DNA of 64,000 nt from Pseudomonadota bacterium. Its GTDB lineage: Bacteria; Pseudomonadota; Gammaproteobacteria; JAKAQQ01. The notes beneath the pieces were generated by a model, which searched no databases, was not told where the DNA came from, and saw only the letters and a program-made list of their open reading frames with translations. The stretch covers positions 64,001 through 128,000 of the forward strand of contig DAHVLZ010000019.1 in NCBI GenBank assembly GCA_027320085.1. Direction: 5' to 3'. Positions 21,761 to 30,308 of the stretch are shown here, piece by piece. Made by a program: the position numbers and the translations under genes. Within the stretch, counting starts at the first letter, position 1. Every line of letters begins with the position of its first letter.

Positions 21761-24700
21761 CAGATTCCCGGGGCACCGGCAGCGGCGCGGGTTCTTGCAG
21801 GACCAGTTTCAGGGGTTTTTCTCCCCGGCCGAACCCCTGGTTGAGCTTCGCCAGTTCGGTCCGGATCCGGCGAAATGCCGACCGGAATGCCTGCAGGCGG
21901 ATCTCGGCCTGATGGAAGGCTTGCAACTGGCTTTGGGTCGGTGCGCGCTGGGCTCCATCGATCATGCCCAGGAGAACGCCAAAGTGACCCGCGAGGACTT
22001 CTGCCCGGGCTGCCTGGATGGCCTGGTTCAGGTGCCGGCTGAAGCGAGTCAGCTGTTGGCGGGGATTTCCGTGGCTGTGATGGATCCGCCCGCGAACTTC
22101 GGCAACCAGTCTCCCGAGGGCGTGACTCCGCGCGGTGATTGCCGTTATGGCGTTGGCGGTCTGGGCGGCCAGGCGGTATTGCACCCACGCCTCCTGGACA
22201 CTGAGGTGGCTGTTCGGATCGAGCCTCACGACCAGCGGCCGTTCATACCGGTGGCCGTCGACCTGGAGGATCAGGCGGTAACGGCCCGGGGGAACCAGGG
22301 GGCCCTCAGGGCTCACGGGTGTATTGTGCAGCAATCCGGGGCCACCCCATCCGTAGTGCAGGGCCCATGGTTGGCGGGTCCTCAGGTGCCAGACGAAGCG
22401 GTTAAGCCCCGGGTGGTTTGGCAGGCGGTTGATGGGTGCCTTCCAAAACCGGGGAAAGGGCGCGCGGCCCAGGGGTTGGGGATCGCTGTCTGTAGCGCTT
22501 GAAAAAACCCGGAGCACCGTCCCGGATCTGGTTTCGATGGTGAGTGTGATGGGCGTTTCGACTCGCGACTTCAGGTAGTAATCGACAATCGCTCCGGCAG
22601 GCGGGTTTTTGGCGTGCGGCACCTCCGGTGGAAAGGGCTCGGCGCGAAAACGGATGCGCGGGATGCGGTAGGCCGTCTCCGGCTGGTAGAGGAAAGCCGT
22701 TTTCCGGGCAATCCCGGACTTGTCCTGGAAAAGGGAGGTGATGTCATCCAGGACCCAGATGCCCCGTCCATGGGTTCCCACGATGAGGTCGTTGCCATGA
22801 ACGGCGATGTCATGGATGGCCGTGGTGGGCAGGTTGAGGTTGAATGGTTGCCAGAGCCGACCCTGGTTGAAGGACACGTAGAGGCCGAACTCCGTTCCGG
22901 CGAAGAGGAGGCCCCGGCGCTTGGGATCCGCCCGGACCACGTGGACGTAATCGTCAGAAGGCAGGCCTTTGACCAAAAGTGACCAGCGTCGACCGAAATC
23001 CGTTGTCCGGTAAATGTAGGGGTGGTCATCATTGACCCGATGTCGGTCGACTGCCAGATAAGCGGTGGCCGCAGAGAAAGGCGAGGCCTGGATCCGGTCG
23101 ATCCGGCTCCAGGGGTCCAGCCCGGCCGGTGTGACCTGTTGCCAGTAGTCGCCATTCCGGGTGAGCCATACCCGGCCGTTCGTCGTGCCAGCCCAGATCT
23201 CACCGAACCGGCGGGGCGAGGGGGCGAGACTATAAACAGTGCCGTAGCCGAGTGCCGTGGCATTTTGGAGCGTGGGCTTCGGAAGGGGGTGCTTTCCGGG
23301 TTTGGACGGACGGGCACCGGTCAGGTCGGGACTGATGATTTTCCAGCTCTGACCGTCGTTATCCGACTGCCAGACGATCTGGGCGCCCAGATACAGGATG
23401 TGTGGATTCTCCGGCGAGAAGGCCAGGGGGACAACCCAGGGATACCGGTACCGGACGAGCGGCAGTGGAGTTCCGAAGGTGCTGTAGATCCAGGGGGAGA
23501 TATTCTGGGAGTCCCCGGTGAGACTGTCATAGCGGGACACGCTGCCTCCGATGTCGGTCCCGAAGACAATGTGGGGATCCACAGGATCGGGGAGGGCGTA
23601 TCCGGCTTCCCCGCCAGCCGTAGGGTTCCAGGAGTGGTTGCTCAGGATCCCCCGACGGCTGCGGCTTGGGATATCCAGGCTCCCCGAATCCTGCTGGGTT
23701 GCATAGATGTGGTAGCGGAAGCGGTTGTCGGTCGTGAGCCGGTAGATCTGGGCCGTGGGCTCGTTGAACCAGGGTGTCCACGTTTTTCCGCCATCCATCG
23801 AAATGGAAGCCCCTTGGTCGACACCGATGATCATGCGATCGGGATTTTCGGGATCCATCCAGAGGGAGTGGAAATCGTCACCGCTGGGGGAGCCTTTGAT
23901 GCAGGTGAAATGCAGACCGCCATCGGTGGATTCGTACATCGCGGTATTGAGGACGTAGACCACCCGCGCATTGCGTGGATTCACGTAAACTCCGCCAAAA
24001 TACCAGCCCCGTCCCCACAGCCGATGGGTGTGGTTGATGAGGGTCCAGTGATGGCCTCCGTCGGTTGAACGATACAGTCCGCCACCCTGACGGGCACTGA
24101 CGATGGCATAAAACAGTCGCCCGTTGCCGGCGATGGCGAGCCCGATCCGGCCGGGATGGTGGGGCAGGCCAACCGTCCGGAGCGGTTGCCAATGCTGTCC
24201 ACCGTCCATGGAACGCCAGATCCCGCTGCCCGCACCCTGCAGGGGCGGGTACTGGCTCCAGGGGGGGCGGACCGCGTTCCAGAGCACGGCGTAGAGTTCA
24301 TCGCGGGGATCACGGGGGTTCGCGATCAGCTGGATCGCTCCGGTTAGGTCATTGTGGTAAAGCACCCGTGTCCAGTGACGACCACCATCCGTGGTCCGGA
24401 AGACGCCCCGTGTCCGGTTGGGTCCGAAAGCATGCCCCATGGCGGCGACCACGACGATGTTGGGGTTTTGGGGATTGACCCAGATGGAACTGATTTGCTG
24501 GCTTTGGACCAGCCCGATCCGGTGCCAGGTGAGCCCACCGTTGTCCGAGCGGAACATGCCGCCTCCGGTCGAGAGATCGGACCGCATGTCCGCCTCGCCG
24601 GTTCCGGCGTAGAGGATCCGGGGATTGGACGGGGCTACGGCGAGGGCGCCAATCGAGGAGACGGGCTCATGCTGGAAAAGCGGATGCCAGACGGTCCCGC

Positions 24701-24935
24701 CGTCGGTCGTCTTGAAGATGCCTCCATCGACGGACCCGAAATAGTAGGTTTCGGGCTCGTCGGAAACCCCCGCCACCGCGAGCACGCGCCCGCCCCGGGT
24801 GGGGCCGATGAAACGCCAGTGAAGGCCTTGGTAGAGGCTTTGCGGCATGGCCTGGACTGAAGGAGCCAGGCAGAAACCCAACAGGACGAGGAAAGCAAGG
24901 CGGAAACGAAAACGGGACATGGACATACCCTCCAC
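21744..24935 (-). CDS. Exported VPS10/BNR (Asp-box) repeat beta-propeller, glycosyl hydrolase-like
   Basis: Signal peptide; WRFIGPTRGGR; many S/T-x-D-G-G-x-x-W Asp boxes; coiled-coil C-terminus. Confidence 0.88.
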   Translation of the reverse strand: MEGMSMSRFRFRLAFLVLLGFCLAPSVQAMPQSLYQGLHWRFIGPTRGGRVLAVAGVSDEPETYYFGSVDGGIFKTTDGGTVWHPLFQHEPVSSIGALAVAPSNPRILYAGTGEADMRSDLSTGGGMFRSDNGGLTWHRIGLVQSQQISSIWVNPQNPNIVVVAAMGHAFGPNRTRGVFRTTDGGRHWTRVLYHNDLTGAIQLIANPRDPRDELYAVLWNAVRPPWSQYPPLQGAGSGIWRSMDGGQHWQPLRTVGLPHHPGRIGLAIAGNGRLFYAIVSARQGGGLYRSTDGGHHWTLINHTHRLWGRGWYFGGVYVNPRNARVVYVLNTAMYESTDGGLHFTCIKGSPSGDDFHSLWMDPENPDRMIIGVDQGASISMDGGKTWTPWFNEPTAQIYRLTTDNRFRYHIYATQQDSGSLDIPSRSRRGILSNHSWNPTAGGEAGYALPDPVDPHIVFGTDIGGSVSRYDSLTGDSQNISPWIYSTFGTPLPLVRYRYPWVVPLAFSPENPHILYLGAQIVWQSDNDGQSWKIISPDLTGARPSKPGKHPLPKPTLQNATALGYGTVYSLAPSPRRFGEIWAGTTNGRVWLTRNGDYWQQVTPAGLDPWSRIDRIQASPFSAATAYLAVDRHRVNDDHPYIYRTTDFGRRWSLLVKGLPSDDYVHVVRADPKRRGLLFAGTEFGLYVSFNQGRLWQPFNLNLPTTAIHDIAVHGNDLIVGTHGRGIWVLDDITSLFQDKSGIARKTAFLYQPETAYRIPRIRFRAEPFPPEVPHAKNPPAGAIVDYYLKSRVETPITLTIETRSGTVLRVFSSATDSDPQPLGRAPFPRFWKAPINRLPNHPGLNRFVWHLRTRQPWALHYGWGGPGLLHNTPVSPEGPLVPPGRYRLILQVDGHRYERPLVVRLDPNSHLSVQEAWVQYRLAAQTANAITAITARSHALGRLVAEVRGRIHHSHGNPRQQLTRFSRHLNQAIQAARAEVLAGHFGVLLGMIDGAQRAPTQSQLQAFHQAEIRLQAFRSAFRRIRTELAKLNQGFGRGEKPLKLVLQEPAPLPVPRESDVELF

Positions 24936-25057
24936 GGGACGGTTCCGGGCGTCCGCCTGATTCTATCACCCGGGTTTGCGCTCGCGGGCGGAAGCTCGAG
25001 GCGACGGGGTTTTTGCGATTCGGGTAAGCTCACGGTCTCGCCGCGAGTCTGTCCCCG

Positions 25058-25936
25058 GTGTCCCCGAACGAACCTCCGAGCATCGTCGTCCAGCGCCTTC
25101 CGGCCAATCGCAAGGGACGGGATTTTGTCCTGAGCGATGTGCATGGGTGCCGGAATACCCTTGAGCGGCTTTTGAACCGCGTCCGCTTCGACGCCGCCCG
25201 GGACCGGTTGCTGTCCGTGGGCGACCTGATCGATCGCGGACCCGAGTCGATGGCCTGTCTCGACTTTCTGGATGAGCCCTGGTTCCACGCGGTGCAGGGC
25301 AATCACGAGCAGATGCTGCTCCATTTCTGTGCGCGGTCGATGGCGGAGGGCGGGCGCGTGATTTGGGAAGAGAACGATGATTTTCTCCTGAATGGGGGCT
25401 ACTGGATCGAGCGCGAACTGGTGGACCGTCGCCGGCGTCTGGGGACACGTCTCATGGAGGTCCTGGAAACCGTGGGGCGTCTGCCCCACATCCTGGTGGT
25501 CGGGGAGGGGGCGGAACGCTATCAGGTCATTCATGCCGAACTTTCCCAGTCGAGCCTCGATTACGAGCCGCCGGTTTACGGGGACCGGGATATCGACCAG
25601 TCATTTGAAAACCTGGGTCCGGGGGAGCGTGAACAGCTCGGTGAAACCCTGACCTGGGGACGTCGGATCATGCACCTTCGTTCAAAGCGGAGCTGGCCCG
25701 AGCGTCATTCTGACCTGTCCGTCACCTACTGTGGGCATACGCCGTCACCGGAGGTGCGCCGGCGGCTGTCCCATGTCTGTATCGACACCGGAGGATATCT
25801 GCCGCTGGTTTCCGGGGAACGGATCGACCAGGAGTGGGGACTGACCATGATTGAGCCGGCGACCGACACGGTGTATTTCGCACAGACGGATGAGCGACCC
25901 GGCTGGGCCGCATGGCGCGGCCGGACTTATCGGTGA
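25058..25936 (+). CDS. PPP-family metallophosphoesterase (PphA/lambda phosphatase-like)
   Basis: SDVHG, VGDLIDRG, GNHE, HAE, GHTP, IDTG. Confidence 0.9.
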   Translation: MSPNEPPSIVVQRLPANRKGRDFVLSDVHGCRNTLERLLNRVRFDAARDRLLSVGDLIDRGPESMACLDFLDEPWFHAVQGNHEQMLLHFCARSMAEGGRVIWEENDDFLLNGGYWIERELVDRRRRLGTRLMEVLETVGRLPHILVVGEGAERYQVIHAELSQSSLDYEPPVYGDRDIDQSFENLGPGEREQLGETLTWGRRIMHLRSKRSWPERHSDLSVTYCGHTPSPEVRRRLSHVCIDTGGYLPLVSGERIDQEWGLTMIEPATDTVYFAQTDERPGWAAWRGRTYR

Positions 25937-26205
25937 GGATCGCGGGCGCGCGAGGGGAAGTAGCCCGGGATCCGGTGAATCGTCGCAGCCGGACCGTAGC
26001 GGTTGTAGAGGTGGAGGAGCGGATCCTTCAGGGTCAGGCTGATCGCCATGATGAGATAGCCCCCGAGTGCCACGAGCCCGAGACTGATCCGCACGCGGGA
26101 GCGGGCCAGCTTCGGGAATCGCTGCGGTCGGATCAGCACGATGGCCAGCAGGAAAAATGCTGCGATCGAAAGGATCAGGAAAAAGGCAACGACAAAAGAC
26201 CACAT
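25927..26205 (-). CDS. Small membrane protein of unknown function
   Basis: Two hydrophobic segments; fills the gap between convergent and divergent neighbours. Confidence 0.55.
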   Translation of the reverse strand: MWSFVVAFFLILSIAAFFLLAIVLIRPQRFPKLARSRVRISLGLVALGGYLIMAISLTLKDPLLHLYNRYGPAATIHRIPGYFPSRARDPHR

Positions 26206-26324
26206 GGAACGCTCCGCCTCCGCGGAAAACCGGACAGGACAAAACCGCACATCGGGAACCCGCGTGCGCGGGGACCGCGTGACGGAGTGGATTCATCATA
26301 CTCGATTTACCGGACGGACTGCGG

Positions 26325-27617
26325 ATGATCCGGGTGGGGACGCTTCCCCAAAAGTTTGCGGGAATGCTCCGGCTCCCGGGCAGCAAGTACGTTGCCAATC
26401 GTGCCTTCCTCATGGCTGCACTCGCCCGGGGAACCAGTGTGATCGAAAACGCCCCGGACAACCAGGACATAGAACGGGCGCGTGATTTCGGTTTTTTCCT
26501 CGGTGCCGATCTTTGCCGGGACGGGGAGGAGTGGCTGGTTCGAGGTGTTGCAGGATGCCCGGAATGGAGAAAACCAAAGGTGTTTTTCTGTGGCGAGAGC
26601 GGGACCCTGGCCCGCTGGGCTTTGGCCCTGGCCACACTGTCTTCAGATCCGATCCGGCTCGAGGGTGCCCCGCGACTCCAGGAACGGCCGATGGCGGAAC
26701 TGGTGTCTGTGCTCATGAACCTGGGTGCGCGGATCGAGCCGGAAAACGCAAGGGGATTGCCGCTTTCGATATCGGGACCCCTGCGCGGTGGACGGGTGAC
26801 GCTTTCAGGACAGGTCAGCAGTCAGTTTGGCAGCGCCCTCCTCACGCTGGCACCCCTTTTGCCGGAGGGGCTGGTCATCGATTTCACCCATCCCCCCGTT
26901 TCCCGGAGCTATCTCGAACTCACGCTCGAAACCCTGCGGACCTTTGGCGTCTCGGGAAGATGCGATCCGGACTGGCATCTCGAGGTTCCGGGCGGACAGC
27001 ACTACCGGGCGACCCGCATCCGGATTGACCCGGATCCGGTCCTCGCGGGCTACTTCATGGCGTTGCCGGCCGTACTGGGCGGCAGCCTCCACCTGCCCGG
27101 CTTTTTCCCCAAGGATGCGGGTGAGGGGAGAGTGGCCACGCTCCTCTCCCGCATGGGTCTGTCGGTCCGCGCCGGCGCGGAGGGTCTCACGGTTCTTGCC
27201 TCCGGAGAACCGCTCTGTGCCTTGGGGACCGTGGATCTGTCGGATGCGCCCGATGGGGTCCCCACGCTGGCCGTTCTCGCTGCACTGGCGGAATCCGGGA
27301 CCACCCGGTTTACCGGCATCGGTCATTTGCGGTACAAGGAATCCGACCGGCTCCTGGATCTGGCCCGCGAGATGGTCGCGGCGGGCCTCAACGTCCGGGT
27401 CGAGGCCGGAGACTTGGTCATTCACGGGGGCGGGCGATTGCAGCCGGTGGTTTTGGACGCGCATGGGGATCACCGGCTGGCCATGAGTTTTGCCCTACTG
27501 GCGGTGGCCTGTCCCGGGCTTTCCATCCGCGGGGAAGCCAGTGTCGGGAAGTCTTCCCCGGATTTCTGGCGTAGACTCGAATCCCTCGGTATTTCCTGGG
27601 TTCCCGCCCGTGACTGA
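26325..27617 (+). CDS. aroA: 3-phosphoshikimate 1-carboxyvinyltransferase (divergent)
   Basis: LPGSK, ERPM, VSSQF, KESDRL, DHRLAM, VGKS.PDFW. Confidence 0.9.
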   Translation: MIRVGTLPQKFAGMLRLPGSKYVANRAFLMAALARGTSVIENAPDNQDIERARDFGFFLGADLCRDGEEWLVRGVAGCPEWRKPKVFFCGESGTLARWALALATLSSDPIRLEGAPRLQERPMAELVSVLMNLGARIEPENARGLPLSISGPLRGGRVTLSGQVSSQFGSALLTLAPLLPEGLVIDFTHPPVSRSYLELTLETLRTFGVSGRCDPDWHLEVPGGQHYRATRIRIDPDPVLAGYFMALPAVLGGSLHLPGFFPKDAGEGRVATLLSRMGLSVRAGAEGLTVLASGEPLCALGTVDLSDAPDGVPTLAVLAALAESGTTRFTGIGHLRYKESDRLLDLAREMVAAGLNVRVEAGDLVIHGGGRLQPVVLDAHGDHRLAMSFALLAVACPGLSIRGEASVGKSSPDFWRRLESLGISWVPARD

Positions 27618-27726
27618 CCAGACGAAGAAAGATGGAACGGGGATGCCTGAACCCGGGATTGATGGGGGGGCTCCAGCCCGGGCGGTTTCAGGTGGCGGAA
27701 ACTTTGGGGTGGGACGGTGTCTCCCC

Positions 27727-28173
27727 ATGCGGTCCGGTTTAGTCGTGCTCCTCATGATCGGGCTTGCGGCATGCAACATGACCGGTTCCGCATCCGGACA
27801 TTTAGGACGCGACCGGAACCCCAGCCCGGTCACCGCTCCGGGCAAGACTTCCCGGGTGCTCCCGGCCCCAGTCACCCGTTTGACGTTACGCGTGCTGGCC
27901 CGGATGCGGGCCGGGCAGGATCCGGCGGTGCTCAGTGAAGCGGGGCGCTGGCAAGTCGACCGGAAGGGACGCTTGGATCTCGTGATCCGGCTCCAGGGGC
28001 ATTGGGCCCCGCTGGTCCGCTGGATCCGGCATCAGGGGGGGCGGGTTGTGGCCGTGGTTCCCCTGGTGCACGAGTGCGAGGCCTGGATTCCGGCGGATCA
28101 GGTGGCTCGTCTGTCCCGGAGACCAGGGGTGGTTCTTGTCCGGTTTCCGCATTATGCTATGAACCGAAGGTAA
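27727..28173 (+). CDS. Lipoprotein homologous to the prodomain of the downstream subtilase
   Basis: Lipobox LAAC; the C-terminal ~75 aa align by eye with the subtilase prodomain (see findings). Confidence 0.75.
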   Translation: MRSGLVVLLMIGLAACNMTGSASGHLGRDRNPSPVTAPGKTSRVLPAPVTRLTLRVLARMRAGQDPAVLSEAGRWQVDRKGRLDLVIRLQGHWAPLVRWIRHQGGRVVAVVPLVHECEAWIPADQVARLSRRPGVVLVRFPHYAMNRR

Positions 28174-28185
28174 GGAGTATTCATC

Positions 28186-30252
28186 ATGATGAAAGCTGTT
28201 TTCAGACTGGTTGTCGCGTTCGGGCTCGTCACAGCCTCGATCGGACTGGCCAAGGCCGGCAACAACCCGGTGAACCTAAGCAAGCTGGCGCCCGCCCTGC
28301 GGGAGGTGGCGAATGCGGCCCATGCGCCTCAGGCTCTCGCACGTGTGCAGGCGGAAGGCTATGTGTCAGGGTTGAGCAATGAGGTCCGGCCGGCTCCCGG
28401 CCAGGTCCGGTGGAATCGGGAGGGTGCGGTCCAGGTGGACGTGCGCTTTGCCACACCGCTCGCTCTCGGGGCCACACAAGCGTCCTTGCGTGCACTGGGT
28501 GCGCGCGGACTCGTCACCGACCCGTACAACAGCATTGCCGAGATGTGGCTGTCTCCGGCCAGCCTGATGCAAGTGGCGGCCCTGCCCGGTGTCCAGGCGA
28601 TCACGGTGCCGCACTATGCGGTGGTGAGACGGGAGGTCGCCTACGGATCGAATCCAACCTACTACGATACCGCGGGGTCGAATGCCTTGGGAGCCGTTGC
28701 CTTCGCCAATGCGACGGGGGATATCGGGTCGGGAATCAGCGTCGGGGTGATTTCGGATGGCGCCCAGGACTACCAGACGGATGTCCAGCAGGGGTACCTT
28801 CCGAGCACTGTCTGGATTGATCCCAATGACTCGAAATACAAATCGTCGGGGAACGAGGGCGCTGCCATGATGCAGATCGTCTACGACTCGGCGCCCGGCG
28901 TGAAACTCGGATTTTGTGGGCCGTCGACGGACATCCAATTCCTCTCCTGCCTGAGCGACTTCGAGAGTTCGTCCTTCAAGGCCAACATCATTGTGGACGA
29001 CCTCGGTTTCCCGGGGGTGGCCATGTTCCAGAACGGGACGTTTGCGACGGGAGTCGCGAGTTTTGCCCAGTCCAACCCGAGCGTCCACCTGGTCACCGCA
29101 GCCGGCAACGACAACCAGGCCTTCTGGCAGGGGACGTTCACGCCGATGACCCTGAGTACCCCGCTGACTCTGAATGGGGTTACCTATACGGAAGCCAACA
29201 ATTTCGGGACCAGTGCCAATCCCAATCCTTATGCAGATGTGGGCATCGCGTCAACCGACACTGATTACTGGATTCTGGAATGGGCCGATCCTTGGGAAAG
29301 CCCGGTCGGGGATTACGATGTGGTGGTCTATGCCCAAAAGCCGGGTGGGACGCCCGTGGCCTGCAACCAGGGTGACCAGATCGATTCGACGGGCTGCTCG
29401 TTTTCGACCACGCCCGGTACGAGCCCGGGACCCAATCCGGTCCAGGGGAATGCCTATAAGAATACCGCGACGACTGCCCAGATCCTCTACATCGAGGTCC
29501 TGCTGCGCAACAGCACGACACCGAGTACCTCGCTCAAGCTCCTGACCGGATCGGTGAGTTCCCACGCGCTTTTCCTGAACCCGGATTCCCCGAACGGCAG
29601 CATCTATGGGCAGTCCGCCCTGCCCCAGGAGTTTACGGTCGGCGCCATGGATGTCGATGAAGTGGGTAGCAGCACCGCGAAGATCGAACACTACAGTTCG
29701 ACCGGTCCGGTTGATTTCGAGTACTCCTCCCTCACCTCGACGACCCCCTCGCCCACTTCGATTCCCAAACCGGACATCACGGGGGTGGACGGGGTCACGA
29801 TCAACCCGCTGAGCGGTTTCACCCCGCCCTTTTTTGGCACGTCGGCGGCCGCGCCCCACATTGCAGCGCTCATGGCCCTGCTTCTCCAGCACGCCCCCAC
29901 TACCAATCCCGAATCGACCCTGAAGACGGTTTCCAGCCTCCCCGGGGGGGCACCTGCGACCGGGGCCAGTAGCATTTATGGTGCCGGTGTGCCCTGCCTT
30001 GCGAAACTGACGGCTGCGGGTGTTTCGGCCTGCAATCCCGACTCGACGGCTACCATCACGGTGGGTGGCAGTTCCTCTTCCGGGAGCAGCAGCTCGAGTT
30101 CCGGTGGGGGAGGGGGGGGGCTGGGTCCGATCGTCCTTCTCCTGCTGGCCGGTTTTGCGTGGGGTGGTGGATGGGCAAGCCGCCGGCGGAAGGGTGTTGG
30201 GTGTCCAACCGATCGGGGAGGGCCACGAAATTCGGCGCTGTCATTGGAATAG
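28186..30252 (+). CDS. S8/S53-like subtilase with prodomain and GlyGly-CTERM-type anchor
   Basis: AGGAG RBS; signal peptide; VGVISDG, NEGAAMMQIVYD.APG, AAGND, KPDITGVDG, FFGTSAAAPH; Ser/Gly linker then GGGG-TM-RRR. Confidence 0.9.
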   Translation: MMKAVFRLVVAFGLVTASIGLAKAGNNPVNLSKLAPALREVANAAHAPQALARVQAEGYVSGLSNEVRPAPGQVRWNREGAVQVDVRFATPLALGATQASLRALGARGLVTDPYNSIAEMWLSPASLMQVAALPGVQAITVPHYAVVRREVAYGSNPTYYDTAGSNALGAVAFANATGDIGSGISVGVISDGAQDYQTDVQQGYLPSTVWIDPNDSKYKSSGNEGAAMMQIVYDSAPGVKLGFCGPSTDIQFLSCLSDFESSSFKANIIVDDLGFPGVAMFQNGTFATGVASFAQSNPSVHLVTAAGNDNQAFWQGTFTPMTLSTPLTLNGVTYTEANNFGTSANPNPYADVGIASTDTDYWILEWADPWESPVGDYDVVVYAQKPGGTPVACNQGDQIDSTGCSFSTTPGTSPGPNPVQGNAYKNTATTAQILYIEVLLRNSTTPSTSLKLLTGSVSSHALFLNPDSPNGSIYGQSALPQEFTVGAMDVDEVGSSTAKIEHYSSTGPVDFEYSSLTSTTPSPTSIPKPDITGVDGVTINPLSGFTPPFFGTSAAAPHIAALMALLLQHAPTTNPESTLKTVSSLPGGAPATGASSIYGAGVPCLAKLTAAGVSACNPDSTATITVGGSSSSGSSSSSSGGGGGGLGPIVLLLLAGFAWGGGWASRRRKGVGCPTDRGGPRNSALSLE

Positions 30253-30308
30253 ATTCGGGTGGAATAGATTCCGGGTGATTCAGCCTGACCGCCCAGGGCG
30301 GGGAAGCT

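Noticed and set aside
30245-30277. Imperfect tandem tggaatagattc(c)gggtg upstream of the PAS-EAL gene
   Set aside because: Only two copies, overlapping the subtilase stop; may be a local duplication with no function
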